This document shows positions 32,771 through 40,112 of a stretch of DNA of 64,000 bases, piece after piece. Position 1 is the first letter of the stretch; each line of letters begins with the position of its first letter. The notes under the pieces were generated by a model. It made no database searches. It was not told the origin of the DNA and worked only from the letters and a program-made list of their open reading frames with translations. Made by a program: the position numbers and the translations under genes. The stretch is from the NCBI GenBank assembly GCA_047285805.1, contig JBJBCN010000002.1, positions 512,001-576,000 on the forward strand, in the 5' to 3' direction. Origin of the DNA: Synechococcus sp. (GTDB lineage Bacteria; Cyanobacteriota; Cyanobacteriia; PCC-6307; Cyanobiaceae).

Positions 32771-33007
32771 GTGCGTCCCACGAATCTGGTCGGTCCTTAC
32801 CGCCAGGCTCGTCCTAGTGGATGCGCCCCCCTTGCGCTGACGGCAACACCAAGGCCATAACCGCTGAGGACACGGTCCGAGAGAACCCCGTGATCCGAGA
32901 CGGGGGAGTGCCAAGCTCCCCCAACTCAACACTCCCCGCTACTGAGCAGTGGGTCGGGGAGCTGTTGTGCTTGTTATCAGTGACCTTGATCCTTGGCGGC
33001 GAGGGGG
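32771..33007 (+). ncRNA. candidate structured non-coding RNA
   Basis: Multiple nested helices found by eye, several with G-U pairs on the + strand; no convincing ORF. Confidence 0.45.
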
Positions 33008-33047
33008 AGGAGAGATGAGCGCAACCCAGGAGTTAGCAGGCCATATG

Positions 33048-33797
33048 TCAGAGCTTGGATTCTTCTGGAACCTCCCTTGAGGACGGAACTCGTGGAGCCA
33101 CATGCAACGACTTTTTCTTTCTTCCGTCAGATGAGGGCTGCCAATCTGAATAAACAACCTTCCAAGCTTTGACGGTTTCTGGACCAATCTCATTGATCCT
33201 TAGACCGGTGGATCCATCATTTGAAAGCAAGACAAAAGCTTTTCCATTCACCATGTCGTAGTTAGCCAAAGCGGCCGCAATTTCTTTGTTGACCCTAAAA
33301 ACGCCATCGCACCCATTAACAACCAGATAGCCGTCACCATTCTTGATTCCAAAAGACTGAATTGACTCACTACCAGTGGTCACGCGTCGACCGAAAGACT
33401 TATTGGCAACAGTTTCTTGCCTGACCCGGATTGTGTTCCGACCAAAGAACGAAGCAACCCTGAAGGATTTATTGTAATTGCGGTCAAATACACCAATCGT
33501 CGTCCCGGTGATTGGGTTTTTCAGGATTACTGGTTTGGAAAGAGGGAATTTGGTGCTCTCAAGGTCTTGCGACCTCCAGTCTTCGGTAATAGTGAAAACT
33601 TCGACGCCGGGAAAGACCCTGGGTAGCTTCTCTGGTTCATATTGAATGTATTCTTCGGTTCTATATGGCGAACATAGAAGGAGCTCCTCCTTTAATGCAT
33701 CGCCGTATTTCTTTGGCGATATTTCATATGCCGCTGCAGGCAATGAAGAGGCGAGAAGTGTTGCGCCAGCAAGGGTTAGCGGAGCGAGGGAGCGCAT
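33048..33797 (-). CDS. secreted hypothetical protein (element cargo)
   Basis: 249-aa AT-richer ORF with signal peptide MRSLAPLTLAGATLLASSLPAAA. Confidence 0.75.
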   Translation of the reverse strand: MRSLAPLTLAGATLLASSLPAAAYEISPKKYGDALKEELLLCSPYRTEEYIQYEPEKLPRVFPGVEVFTITEDWRSQDLESTKFPLSKPVILKNPITGTTIGVFDRNYNKSFRVASFFGRNTIRVRQETVANKSFGRRVTTGSESIQSFGIKNGDGYLVVNGCDGVFRVNKEIAAALANYDMVNGKAFVLLSNDGSTGLRINEIGPETVKAWKVVYSDWQPSSDGRKKKSLHVAPRVPSSREVPEESKL

Positions 33798-33859
33798 AGG
33801 CTTCTTTTTTCTATATTTAAGCTAGCATCACTTCTGTAGTCACTTGTGGGTGAAGGCCG

Positions 33860-34138
33860 ATGATCGCCTCTGGGCTTGTGGTGTCAGCGCTATTTGGGAT
33901 TGCACTGCTGAGCGCTGAATCGCCGGCGAACGCGGCTCCTTCAGTCTTGGTGAAGAGCGGCGTCAACTGCCCTGGAAGCTACGTAAAAGCAGGGAGAGGC
34001 AAGAATTGCCAAGCAGCGCCCGAATATGTAGACATCACCTATCTCGGAGAGAATATAAGGGAATCCTGTAAGCCCACCTACACCCGTCTTAATGCTGGCG
34101 ACAGCAAGTGGTGCGTAAAATACAGCGAGCAATACTAA
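33860..34138 (+). CDS. small secreted Cys-paired protein (element cargo)
   Basis: Signal peptide ending ANA; two C-x2-(S/T)Y...C units. Confidence 0.65.
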   Translation: MIASGLVVSALFGIALLSAESPANAAPSVLVKSGVNCPGSYVKAGRGKNCQAAPEYVDITYLGENIRESCKPTYTRLNAGDSKWCVKYSEQY

Positions 34139-34196
34139 TGCGCTCGGATAACTTCACTTGCAAGAGTGATGGGTTGACGTGTATTTGCATCCGCAA

Positions 34197-34547
34197 CTAC
34201 CTCCTTCTCGCCTTCTGCATTGCTTGTTCAATCAGAATCCATTCCGCTGCGGTGTGACGTGTCTTCCACCCGTACTGCTCGCATAGCGCGTTGCAATAGT
34301 CCCCAATCCGCAGGATCGTCTCCAGGTCAACGCGGCTAAGCCTCTCCTTAGCCACCACGTTCCGGTCGCTCCAGTTCACCACCTGAGCAACGCGCTCCCG
34401 TAGCCCATTCATCTCCAGCTGCCGATGACCTCTCTCATTCAGTGAAATGAAGTCATCCAGGTAGCCGTCATCCATCAAGTTCTGAAGGCTTGAACGACTC
34501 CGATATCCCAGCTCTCTTGCTGCCGCCGCAATGCTCTTAATGGCCAC
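34197..34547 (-). CDS. HTH DNA-binding protein, possibly terminase small subunit (Nu1-like)
   Basis: N-terminal SIAAAARELGYRSRSSLQNLMDDG winged-HTH-like segment; lies downstream of a cos-like motif. Confidence 0.55.
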   Translation of the reverse strand: MAIKSIAAAARELGYRSRSSLQNLMDDGYLDDFISLNERGHRQLEMNGLRERVAQVVNWSDRNVVAKERLSRVDLETILRIGDYCNALCEQYGWKTRHTAAEWILIEQAMQKARRR

Positions 34548-34611
34548 TATTCGCTAAATCTCAGCGCCTAAACCAGCCTAAGGAATTTTGCACTGACGCT
34601 AGATGAGACAT

Positions 34612-34653
34612 GCGCTTTCGGATGACCCGCAATAAAGCAAATAGCAAGGACCC
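34612..34653 (-). other. lambda-type cos-like packaging signal
   Basis: Minus strand GGGTCCTT-GCTATTTGCTTTATT-GCGGGT-CATCCGAAAGCGC; GGGTCCT is the lambda cosQ sequence. Confidence 0.45.
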
Positions 34654-34710
34654 TGCAAATACGTCATTGGATACTGATTTATTGGCTTATGGGTGTGACT
34701 GAAGAAATAA

Positions 34711-34736
34711 AAAGCCCCTGCGTTTGCAGGGGCTTT
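34711..34736 (-). terminator. intrinsic terminator of the beta-barrel cargo gene
   Basis: Perfect AAAGCCCCTGC/GCAGGGGCTTT stem with adjacent A-run. Confidence 0.85.
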
Positions 34737-34770
34737 AGGTGGCTAGCCTACCACCTTCTAATGCATAATG

Positions 34771-35727
34771 TCAGCACCGCAATATCCACGGTATGTATGG
34801 ATCCAGGTAATGGCAATTATCGTGCACCCGCACATCCCTGTTACTAGGCGTTGATGTTAGGGCTTTAGCAGCGGCATTGGTTTTCGGTGTTTCTTTGCCA
34901 GGACCGCCATTGGTATTGAAGCGCCACTTGATATCAGCGGAGAAGCGTGACTTGAAGGCACTGTCATAAGAGAGGTTGGTGCCAACGGTTAGTCCGTTGT
35001 TGATGGCATAAGCCAGACGACCCAAGACGCCAGAGCCATCGGCATCGCCTGCATCGCCGTTTTGGTAGTAGTAACCGACAGAGGCTCTTAAGGCTGGCGT
35101 CAGGTTGTAACCAGCATCTAAGCCATAGGTGTCCAGTGCACCGCCTTGATAGACGGTGTTGAGCTGTTGCTCGGTGTCACCCGTTGGAATGAGCGCATAG
35201 GCATTGAAGTTCCACTTATCGCTCATCGCTTCTGCATTGACGGCAGCCTGCTGGAAGAAAGCCGTGCGTGAGGCATAGACAGGGATGCCTGTATCGGCAT
35301 CACCCGTGCTCATTGGTCGGGTGTCATAGCCCGCATTCAGTCCATACATCCAACTGCGGTCACCATTGAGCCAGCGATAGCCCAGGCGGGCTGAGGTGGA
35401 GATGGTGGTGCCAGCAACGGTGGTGTTGATGATGCTGCTGCTGTTACCCCAGTCCGACAAGTTGGCATTCGCCAAGACATCAGCAAAGAAGATGCTGTTG
35501 CTGCCGACCACCAGTGGAAGGAAGCCACCCAGACCGGCTTGGTTGGGGGTGCCAGCGGCTTGGGTTTGCGCATGGATGCCGACTTGAGGTTTGACGATGT
35601 CCTTGAGCTGAATGCTCATCACGCCTAGGTCACTGGCGCTGCCATGCCCATCAGCTTGTGCAGGGAGAGTGGCGACTGCGAATGCAGATGCCACCAACCC
35701 GATTGATAAAGGACGCAGCATCAGCAC
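34771..35727 (-). CDS. outer-membrane beta-barrel protein (inverse-autotransporter beta-domain-like picocyanobacterial family)
   Basis: Signal peptide; GTPNQAGLGGFLPL, STSARLGYRWL, GLNAGYD and alternating beta-strand pattern; ends NRDVRVHD plus a short Cys tail. Confidence 0.75.
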   Translation of the reverse strand: MLMLRPLSIGLVASAFAVATLPAQADGHGSASDLGVMSIQLKDIVKPQVGIHAQTQAAGTPNQAGLGGFLPLVVGSNSIFFADVLANANLSDWGNSSSIINTTVAGTTISTSARLGYRWLNGDRSWMYGLNAGYDTRPMSTGDADTGIPVYASRTAFFQQAAVNAEAMSDKWNFNAYALIPTGDTEQQLNTVYQGGALDTYGLDAGYNLTPALRASVGYYYQNGDAGDADGSGVLGRLAYAINNGLTVGTNLSYDSAFKSRFSADIKWRFNTNGGPGKETPKTNAAAKALTSTPSNRDVRVHDNCHYLDPYIPWILRC

Positions 35728-35780
35728 TGGTGGGCAGTTGGGGTGATGGTGACCTACTTACGGTGACTTGTCGTGAGAAA

Positions 35781-35807
35781 GCCCGAGGGGGCATCACTCC
35801 CTCGGGC
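35781..35807 (-). terminator. hairpin after the capsid gene
   Basis: GCCCGAGGG/CCCTCGGGC stem with a short A-run on its left. Confidence 0.6.
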
Positions 35808-35837
35808 GGAACTGCACCACTGCAGGAGCTCTCGCGG

Positions 35838-37436
35838 TTATGCGATCGCGTCCTGCATCGCAGCGAAGCTTTCAGGGTGTCTGACGGCGATATCGATCGA
35901 CTGCAGCGCTCGGATGCCAGTCGTGCCCTTGGCGAAGTCGGTGTAGGAGTCCACCAGGATTCCCAAGGTGCCGTACAGGCCAATCAGCAGGTCGCTGAAG
36001 TTGCCGTAGACGATCGCGCTCAGGTTGGTGCCAGTGCCCTTGCTCAAGTTGCTCGGGACGTTGTTGCTGACCTCGAAGCGACGTCCAGCAATCTGCGAGC
36101 GGCCTAGCTAAGTGCCATAAGGCGAAAGCAGGTACTGGTCTTGGGAGTCCTTGAGCTTGGAGAGGACTGCTTCCACCTTGGCGTTGGTGAGGAAGCCGCA
36201 GCTAGCGACATCAGCGTTATCGACGGCCACCTCCTTCTTGAGGTCCATCAGGTGATCGAGGGTCGGAGCCAAGCCATTGGTCCCGCCCGCAACAGAGCCA
36301 ATGCCTGTGGTGTTCAAGATCCCTGTGGGTTGGTTGCTACTGCCACTGCCGTTGATGGCAGCGGTGTCGATTGCATCGGCCAGCAGCGCAACGAAGTCAG
36401 CACGGATCAGCTGCTCGATGTCCGGGGTGCTTTGCAGGTTCATCAGGTGAGAGAACTTGCTAAGTGCACCAACGGTCTTGGGGGTCATCGTCACGGTGCC
36501 GATGGTCCCGGTGCTTTCGGTGACGCTGTCGCTGTCATCAGCACCAAACCAATAGGCAGTCGCAGTGCCTGTTCTCTTGGGGATGCTCACGTCGCCCACC
36601 AAGCCGCCAAGGAAGGTGGCGCCAAGCTCGGCAACGGCCAAGCGATCACGCAGCGCCTCAATGAAACTGGTCGCCAGGTGATCGGTAGCGATCAGGTTGC
36701 CGCCGGCGCTTGCGGTTCCCGCCACATAGGTGCGTTTCTTCCAGCCGTTATCCGGGACAAAGAAGCCTTGAGTACGCCGCCCATTGCGGTGCTCAAGCTC
36801 TTGGTTCACCTCAGCTTCTCGGCCGCTCAGCCCCCGACCTGAGGAGATGCCTTGCGCAGCGCGGACGATGCTGAACTGCTCGGCCTCTCGCCGGTACTCG
36901 GCATCAGGGTCAAGGCCAATGGGGGAAATCGGTTCGTAGGTCATTGGTGTGTGAGTCGTAGTTGGTAGGGCGCGGTTCACGCCAATCGATGCGTCGGCCG
37001 GGATGCTCACGACGCTCAGCTCAATCGGTTGCCAGCGAGTGACGCGCATCACGCCTGCGTCCTGCTCGGCATCCAGCACGGAGTAGCCGACCGAGATGTT
37101 GGGCCTCACGCCTGCTTCAACGTCCTTGCGCACTTGCCTGGCGAGGTCGTTTGTGGCCCAGGTGATGCGGGCCATGCAGCGGCGTCTCTCATCGATCCAT
37201 GCCCGCTCGACAATCCCGAGGATTCGATCCGGGTCGTGGTTCAGCAGCAGTGGTGCTGCGCCTCCATTCAGCCGAGTGAGGTCGACCGCTTCTCGGTCGT
37301 GATCCAACACCTCATCACCGAAGTATCGAGTGACAGGTGTTTCCGAGCTGAATGAGAACTCAAGCTGATTGGAGTCAGCTTTGGTGTCATCGATCGTGAG
37401 ATAACGCCGCTGGATTTCGGCGGCGATGGTTGTCAT
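35838..37436 (-). pseudogene. fused HK97-type prohead protease plus major capsid protein, one in-frame TAG at 36108-36110
   Basis: Protease motifs FSFSSETPV, LLLNHD, ISVGY, ELSVVSIPAD; capsid motifs GGNLIATD, DTAAINGSG, KLKDSQDQYL; the frame continues after TAG with LGRSQIAGRRFEVSNNVP...YGNFSDL...DIAVRHPESF. Confidence 0.9.
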
Positions 37437-37657
37437 TGACTCCCTCTATAGAGAGGTCTCGTAGATAACGACGTTGCTGAGCGCTAGCGAGGCAATCTTC
37501 CAAGGGATTTGGAACCCTTGGCATGTCGTCATCGACGAGTGATTTCATGTCCAATGCTAGAGATATATCTACTCCGATAATAGTCGCTTCTCTAAATACG
37601 CCTAATCAGTGTTAGTCAATGCTTCTGGGCGCCTGCAGAGGGGTTGCTGAGAGGAAA

Positions 37658-37753
37658 AAGAGGTTTAAGAGGTTAAAGAGGTTGCACCATCACACGCATG
37701 TATGGCTTTCTTGAAGTCAGACCCCTGTAGCGAGACAGCCTCTAAAACCTCTT
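37658..37753. repeat. iteron-like repeats, putative replication origin of the element
   Basis: AAGAGGTT x3 at 9-nt spacing (37658, 37667, 37676) and an inverted AACCTCTT at 37746. Confidence 0.6.
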
Positions 37754-37766
37754 TTCCCCTTAGTGG

Positions 37767-39137
37767 TCACCTGGTCAGTGCTTTAAGCACCTCATCGACT
37801 GGGCGAAAGAGGGCTGCGGGAGGCCCGCCTCGTTTCCCGTTTGATTGTTGGTAGCCGTCTTCAACGATCAGGTGTTTGCGCTCAAGGGCTTGCAATGCCT
37901 CTCGCGCCTTTGATGTGGCATGCACTTCAAGACCTAAGGCATTGCCTAGGTGAACCGCATCCATACCTTTCTTTGTCGATTGGTAGTGATCGCATAGGTC
38001 TGTCAGGGCCTTGTGCTGACGATCTGTGAGGTCGTCGAGTACTCCCTGAATCGCGGCTTTTCTTGCCACCTCCTCGCCGGATCCATGAAGGATCCAGCCA
38101 GCGTTTGTTTGCTCGATCAGCAAGTCGATCGGTGCAGCTTCACGACCCTCTGCCGCCAACCTGCTCCGCCTGTCTCGTTGAGCGAGCGGGTTGTCATCGC
38201 CGTCCCCAAGAGACGCGAGAGCCGCCGTTTGGGAAGCGGCTGCCGGCAGAGAGTTATTGCCTCGACTGGCCTCTGAGGCCCGCAATGCACCAGGCCGTTT
38301 TTTTGCGTGGTGGATCAAGAGCAGCGTCGCCTCGTGGGGAGCGAGCGCTTCTGTCAGATCGATGCAGGGGTCAGCAAAGGCGGCATCGCATTCCTGCAGC
38401 CCAAGCTTGCTGGTGCACGCGTGATAGCTGTCGACCAGAACAATCAGCCTTGGGTAGCGAAGGCAGTAGCCGACGATTTCCTCAATGCCTTCCTCGTCCA
38501 CATGGAGTGGTGCGCCCTTGTGGAAGAGGCCAACAATCGCCGGGTGCATGCTCCTGTCTGGGTTGAGCAGACCAGCGAGCTGAAGGCACTTTGCCCAATC
38601 CCGTTGCGGTTGGTCCGTTCCAACAATCAGAACCTTGGCGTCAGGCCATGGATGCAGGGCCTGTCCGAGAAACTCTGACTCCCCTCGGACTAATGCCCCG
38701 AGGACGGCACAAGCCAGTCGGCTTTTTCCCGTCTTTGGGGCACCGACAACAAGATTGCTCGTCCCTCGCAGCAGGATGTTCGACCAAAGCCAGGGTGCTT
38801 CTGCAAGCGAAAGCTTTCCGCCTTGCGGGATGGGTTCAGCAGCACCCACCAGCCTTCGCCGCTCTTGCCCAAGGAGGCGGCGAAGCTCGTCGTCTCGGAC
38901 GCGCGTCTGAAGTTCAGATGCGGTTCGGCGTAGGTGGATGAGTCGCTGATGGCTGGGAATGGCCTCATCGCAAAGAAGATCCCGCGTCTTCCTCTGCAGG
39001 GTGCGTAGGTCCTCTGCTGCCGATGGCTTGCGTCGAGGGGCGGGGTCAACGCGTTTGAGCTGACCCTGAACGCGTTGTTGCCGTTCCCTTTGATCAAACG
39101 CGTCTGAGTGGTCGAGCCATGCGAGTGGGTCGGTCAT
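37767..39137 (-). CDS. RepA-like AAA (AAA_25/RecA-fold) helicase with C-terminal HTH
   Basis: Walker A GAPKTGKS, Walker B LIVLVDSY, LLLIHHAKK, SRGNNSL; ATG overlaps the upstream TGA. Confidence 0.85.
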   Translation of the reverse strand: MTDPLAWLDHSDAFDQRERQQRVQGQLKRVDPAPRRKPSAAEDLRTLQRKTRDLLCDEAIPSHQRLIHLRRTASELQTRVRDDELRRLLGQERRRLVGAAEPIPQGGKLSLAEAPWLWSNILLRGTSNLVVGAPKTGKSRLACAVLGALVRGESEFLGQALHPWPDAKVLIVGTDQPQRDWAKCLQLAGLLNPDRSMHPAIVGLFHKGAPLHVDEEGIEEIVGYCLRYPRLIVLVDSYHACTSKLGLQECDAAFADPCIDLTEALAPHEATLLLIHHAKKRPGALRASEASRGNNSLPAAASQTAALASLGDGDDNPLAQRDRRSRLAAEGREAAPIDLLIEQTNAGWILHGSGEEVARKAAIQGVLDDLTDRQHKALTDLCDHYQSTKKGMDAVHLGNALGLEVHATSKAREALQALERKHLIVEDGYQQSNGKRGGPPAALFRPVDEVLKALTR

Positions 39138-39355
39138 CGGGACCTCCTCGCCCATTCGGCCATTCGGAGGCAGCCAATCGGGTCTTGGTGCTCCAAAAGG
39201 GCTGCTGCTCGGTCGTAATCCGCTGCTGACCAAGCTGGTTCGCTGCTGAGACGCAGCAGCGTGCCGGTCAGATCAACTGAGTCCAGAGGTCGCGAAAAAT
39301 CTCCGTAATGCCGCCAGCGATAACGAGTAACGGTAATTAGGGTGTCATCAGACAT
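39134..39355 (-). CDS. hypothetical protein of the element
   Basis: ATGA-coupled to the helicase gene. Confidence 0.55.
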   Translation of the reverse strand: MSDDTLITVTRYRWRHYGDFSRPLDSVDLTGTLLRLSSEPAWSAADYDRAAALLEHQDPIGCLRMAEWARRSR

Positions 39356-39419
39356 TTGTTCGTGACTCCCAGCCCCAACTGGGGGTTTTTTCATTTTTCG
39401 AGAACCTCGATTCGTTGGG

Positions 39420-39662
39420 TCAGGGCTGAAATCCGGTCTTGAGGTGGGCGCTCACCTCTTGGGCCAAGTCACGGGCGGCTTCGCTGGAAGTGCGATTGAC
39501 GACGACCGCCTCCTGCAGCTGACCAACAGCGGCAAGCATTGCGGTGGTGCTATCGATCAAGCGGCGTTCGAGTTCTGTTGATGCCAAAGGCATCAGCTCC
39601 TCGCGCCAGGCATCGCATTGCGTCTGGACGCGTTCCGCCGTCCAAAAAATGTCCGCTTTCAC
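39420..39662 (-). CDS. hypothetical helical protein of the element
   Basis: GTGA-coupled to the upstream RHH gene. Confidence 0.55.
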   Translation of the reverse strand: MKADIFWTAERVQTQCDAWREELMPLASTELERRLIDSTTAMLAAVGQLQEAVVVNRTSSEAARDLAQEVSAHLKTGFQP

Positions 39663-39850
39663 TTGGCTGCTCCTTTTTTGAGCTCTTCCTCCTGGTGCGC
39701 GAGGGCAAAGATCACCATTGCTCTGAGTAGCTCCGCTCGACGGACCCTGTAAGCGGCCGCCAAGGCATCTACGCGAGCTGCGGTCGGTTGGTCGATGTCA
39801 CACGAGAGCCTCACGTCCCGTGATGGCCTCACTGGCAGTTGAACGGTCAT
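39659..39850 (-). CDS. ribbon-helix-helix (CopG-like) regulator
   Basis: VRLSCDIDQPTAARVDALAAAYRVRRAELLRAMV is a beta-helix-helix pattern. Confidence 0.7.
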   Translation of the reverse strand: MTVQLPVRPSRDVRLSCDIDQPTAARVDALAAAYRVRRAELLRAMVIFALAHQEEELKKGAAK

Positions 39851-39936
39851 GGTTCCAAGTTCTGGACCGAAGTACGAACCAGTGTGTGGAACGTTCAGTA
39901 GCCCTGCAGTGCAGTCGATCTCAGCCGAGTGAATGC

Positions 39937-39971
39937 TTTTCGCAAGTAACCAACCAAGAGGCTGCTGTTGG
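39937..39971. repeat. right attachment site (P-arm plus core)
   Basis: TTTTCGCAAGTAACCAACCAA followed by GA-GGCTGCTGTTGG. Confidence 0.85.
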
Positions 39972-40063
39972 TGGAGGTCAAAGTCCGGAACCGGAGTGGG
40001 TCTGTGCCTTGGCACCCCTTGCCTCCCAGTCGCCGGCCCGTGCTTTGGCTGTCTTGGGCCTGA
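39962..40063 (+). pseudogene. yraN: YraN-family nuclease, 3' fragment
   Basis: LLLVEVKVR...PLPPSRRPVLWL; in frame with the 5' fragment after excision. Confidence 0.8.
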
Positions 40064-40112
40064 GCGGACCGGACTTGAAGCAATGTGGAGATAAGGCCTG
40101 CTCCGCTCACTG

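Larger units (their letters stand above)
30925..39963. mobile_element. integrated phage-satellite-like element with a large serine recombinase, inserted in yraN
   Basis: Core GGCTGCT(A/G)TTGG at both ends, inner imperfect inverted repeats, and recombinase, helicase, capsid and TerS-like genes. Confidence 0.9.

Noticed and set aside
32864..32900. Hammerhead ribozyme (CTGAGGA...GAGA)
   Set aside because: No GAAA directly after a stem II and no matching stems I/III; the core geometry does not fit
34771..35727. Carbamoyl-phosphate synthase L chain label often attached to this protein family
   Set aside because: No ATP-grasp motifs; the signal peptide and beta-strand pattern indicate an outer-membrane protein
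31534..36110. Amber (TAG) recoding or programmed read-through, since both integrase and capsid contain one in-frame TAG
   Set aside because: The integrase also has a frameshift, other element genes terminate normally at TAG (e.g. 32713-32715), and no suppressor tRNA is in the window; simple decay explains it
30925..39963. Complete prophage
   Set aside because: Only 9 kb with both ends present and no recognisable portal, TerL, tail or lysis genes
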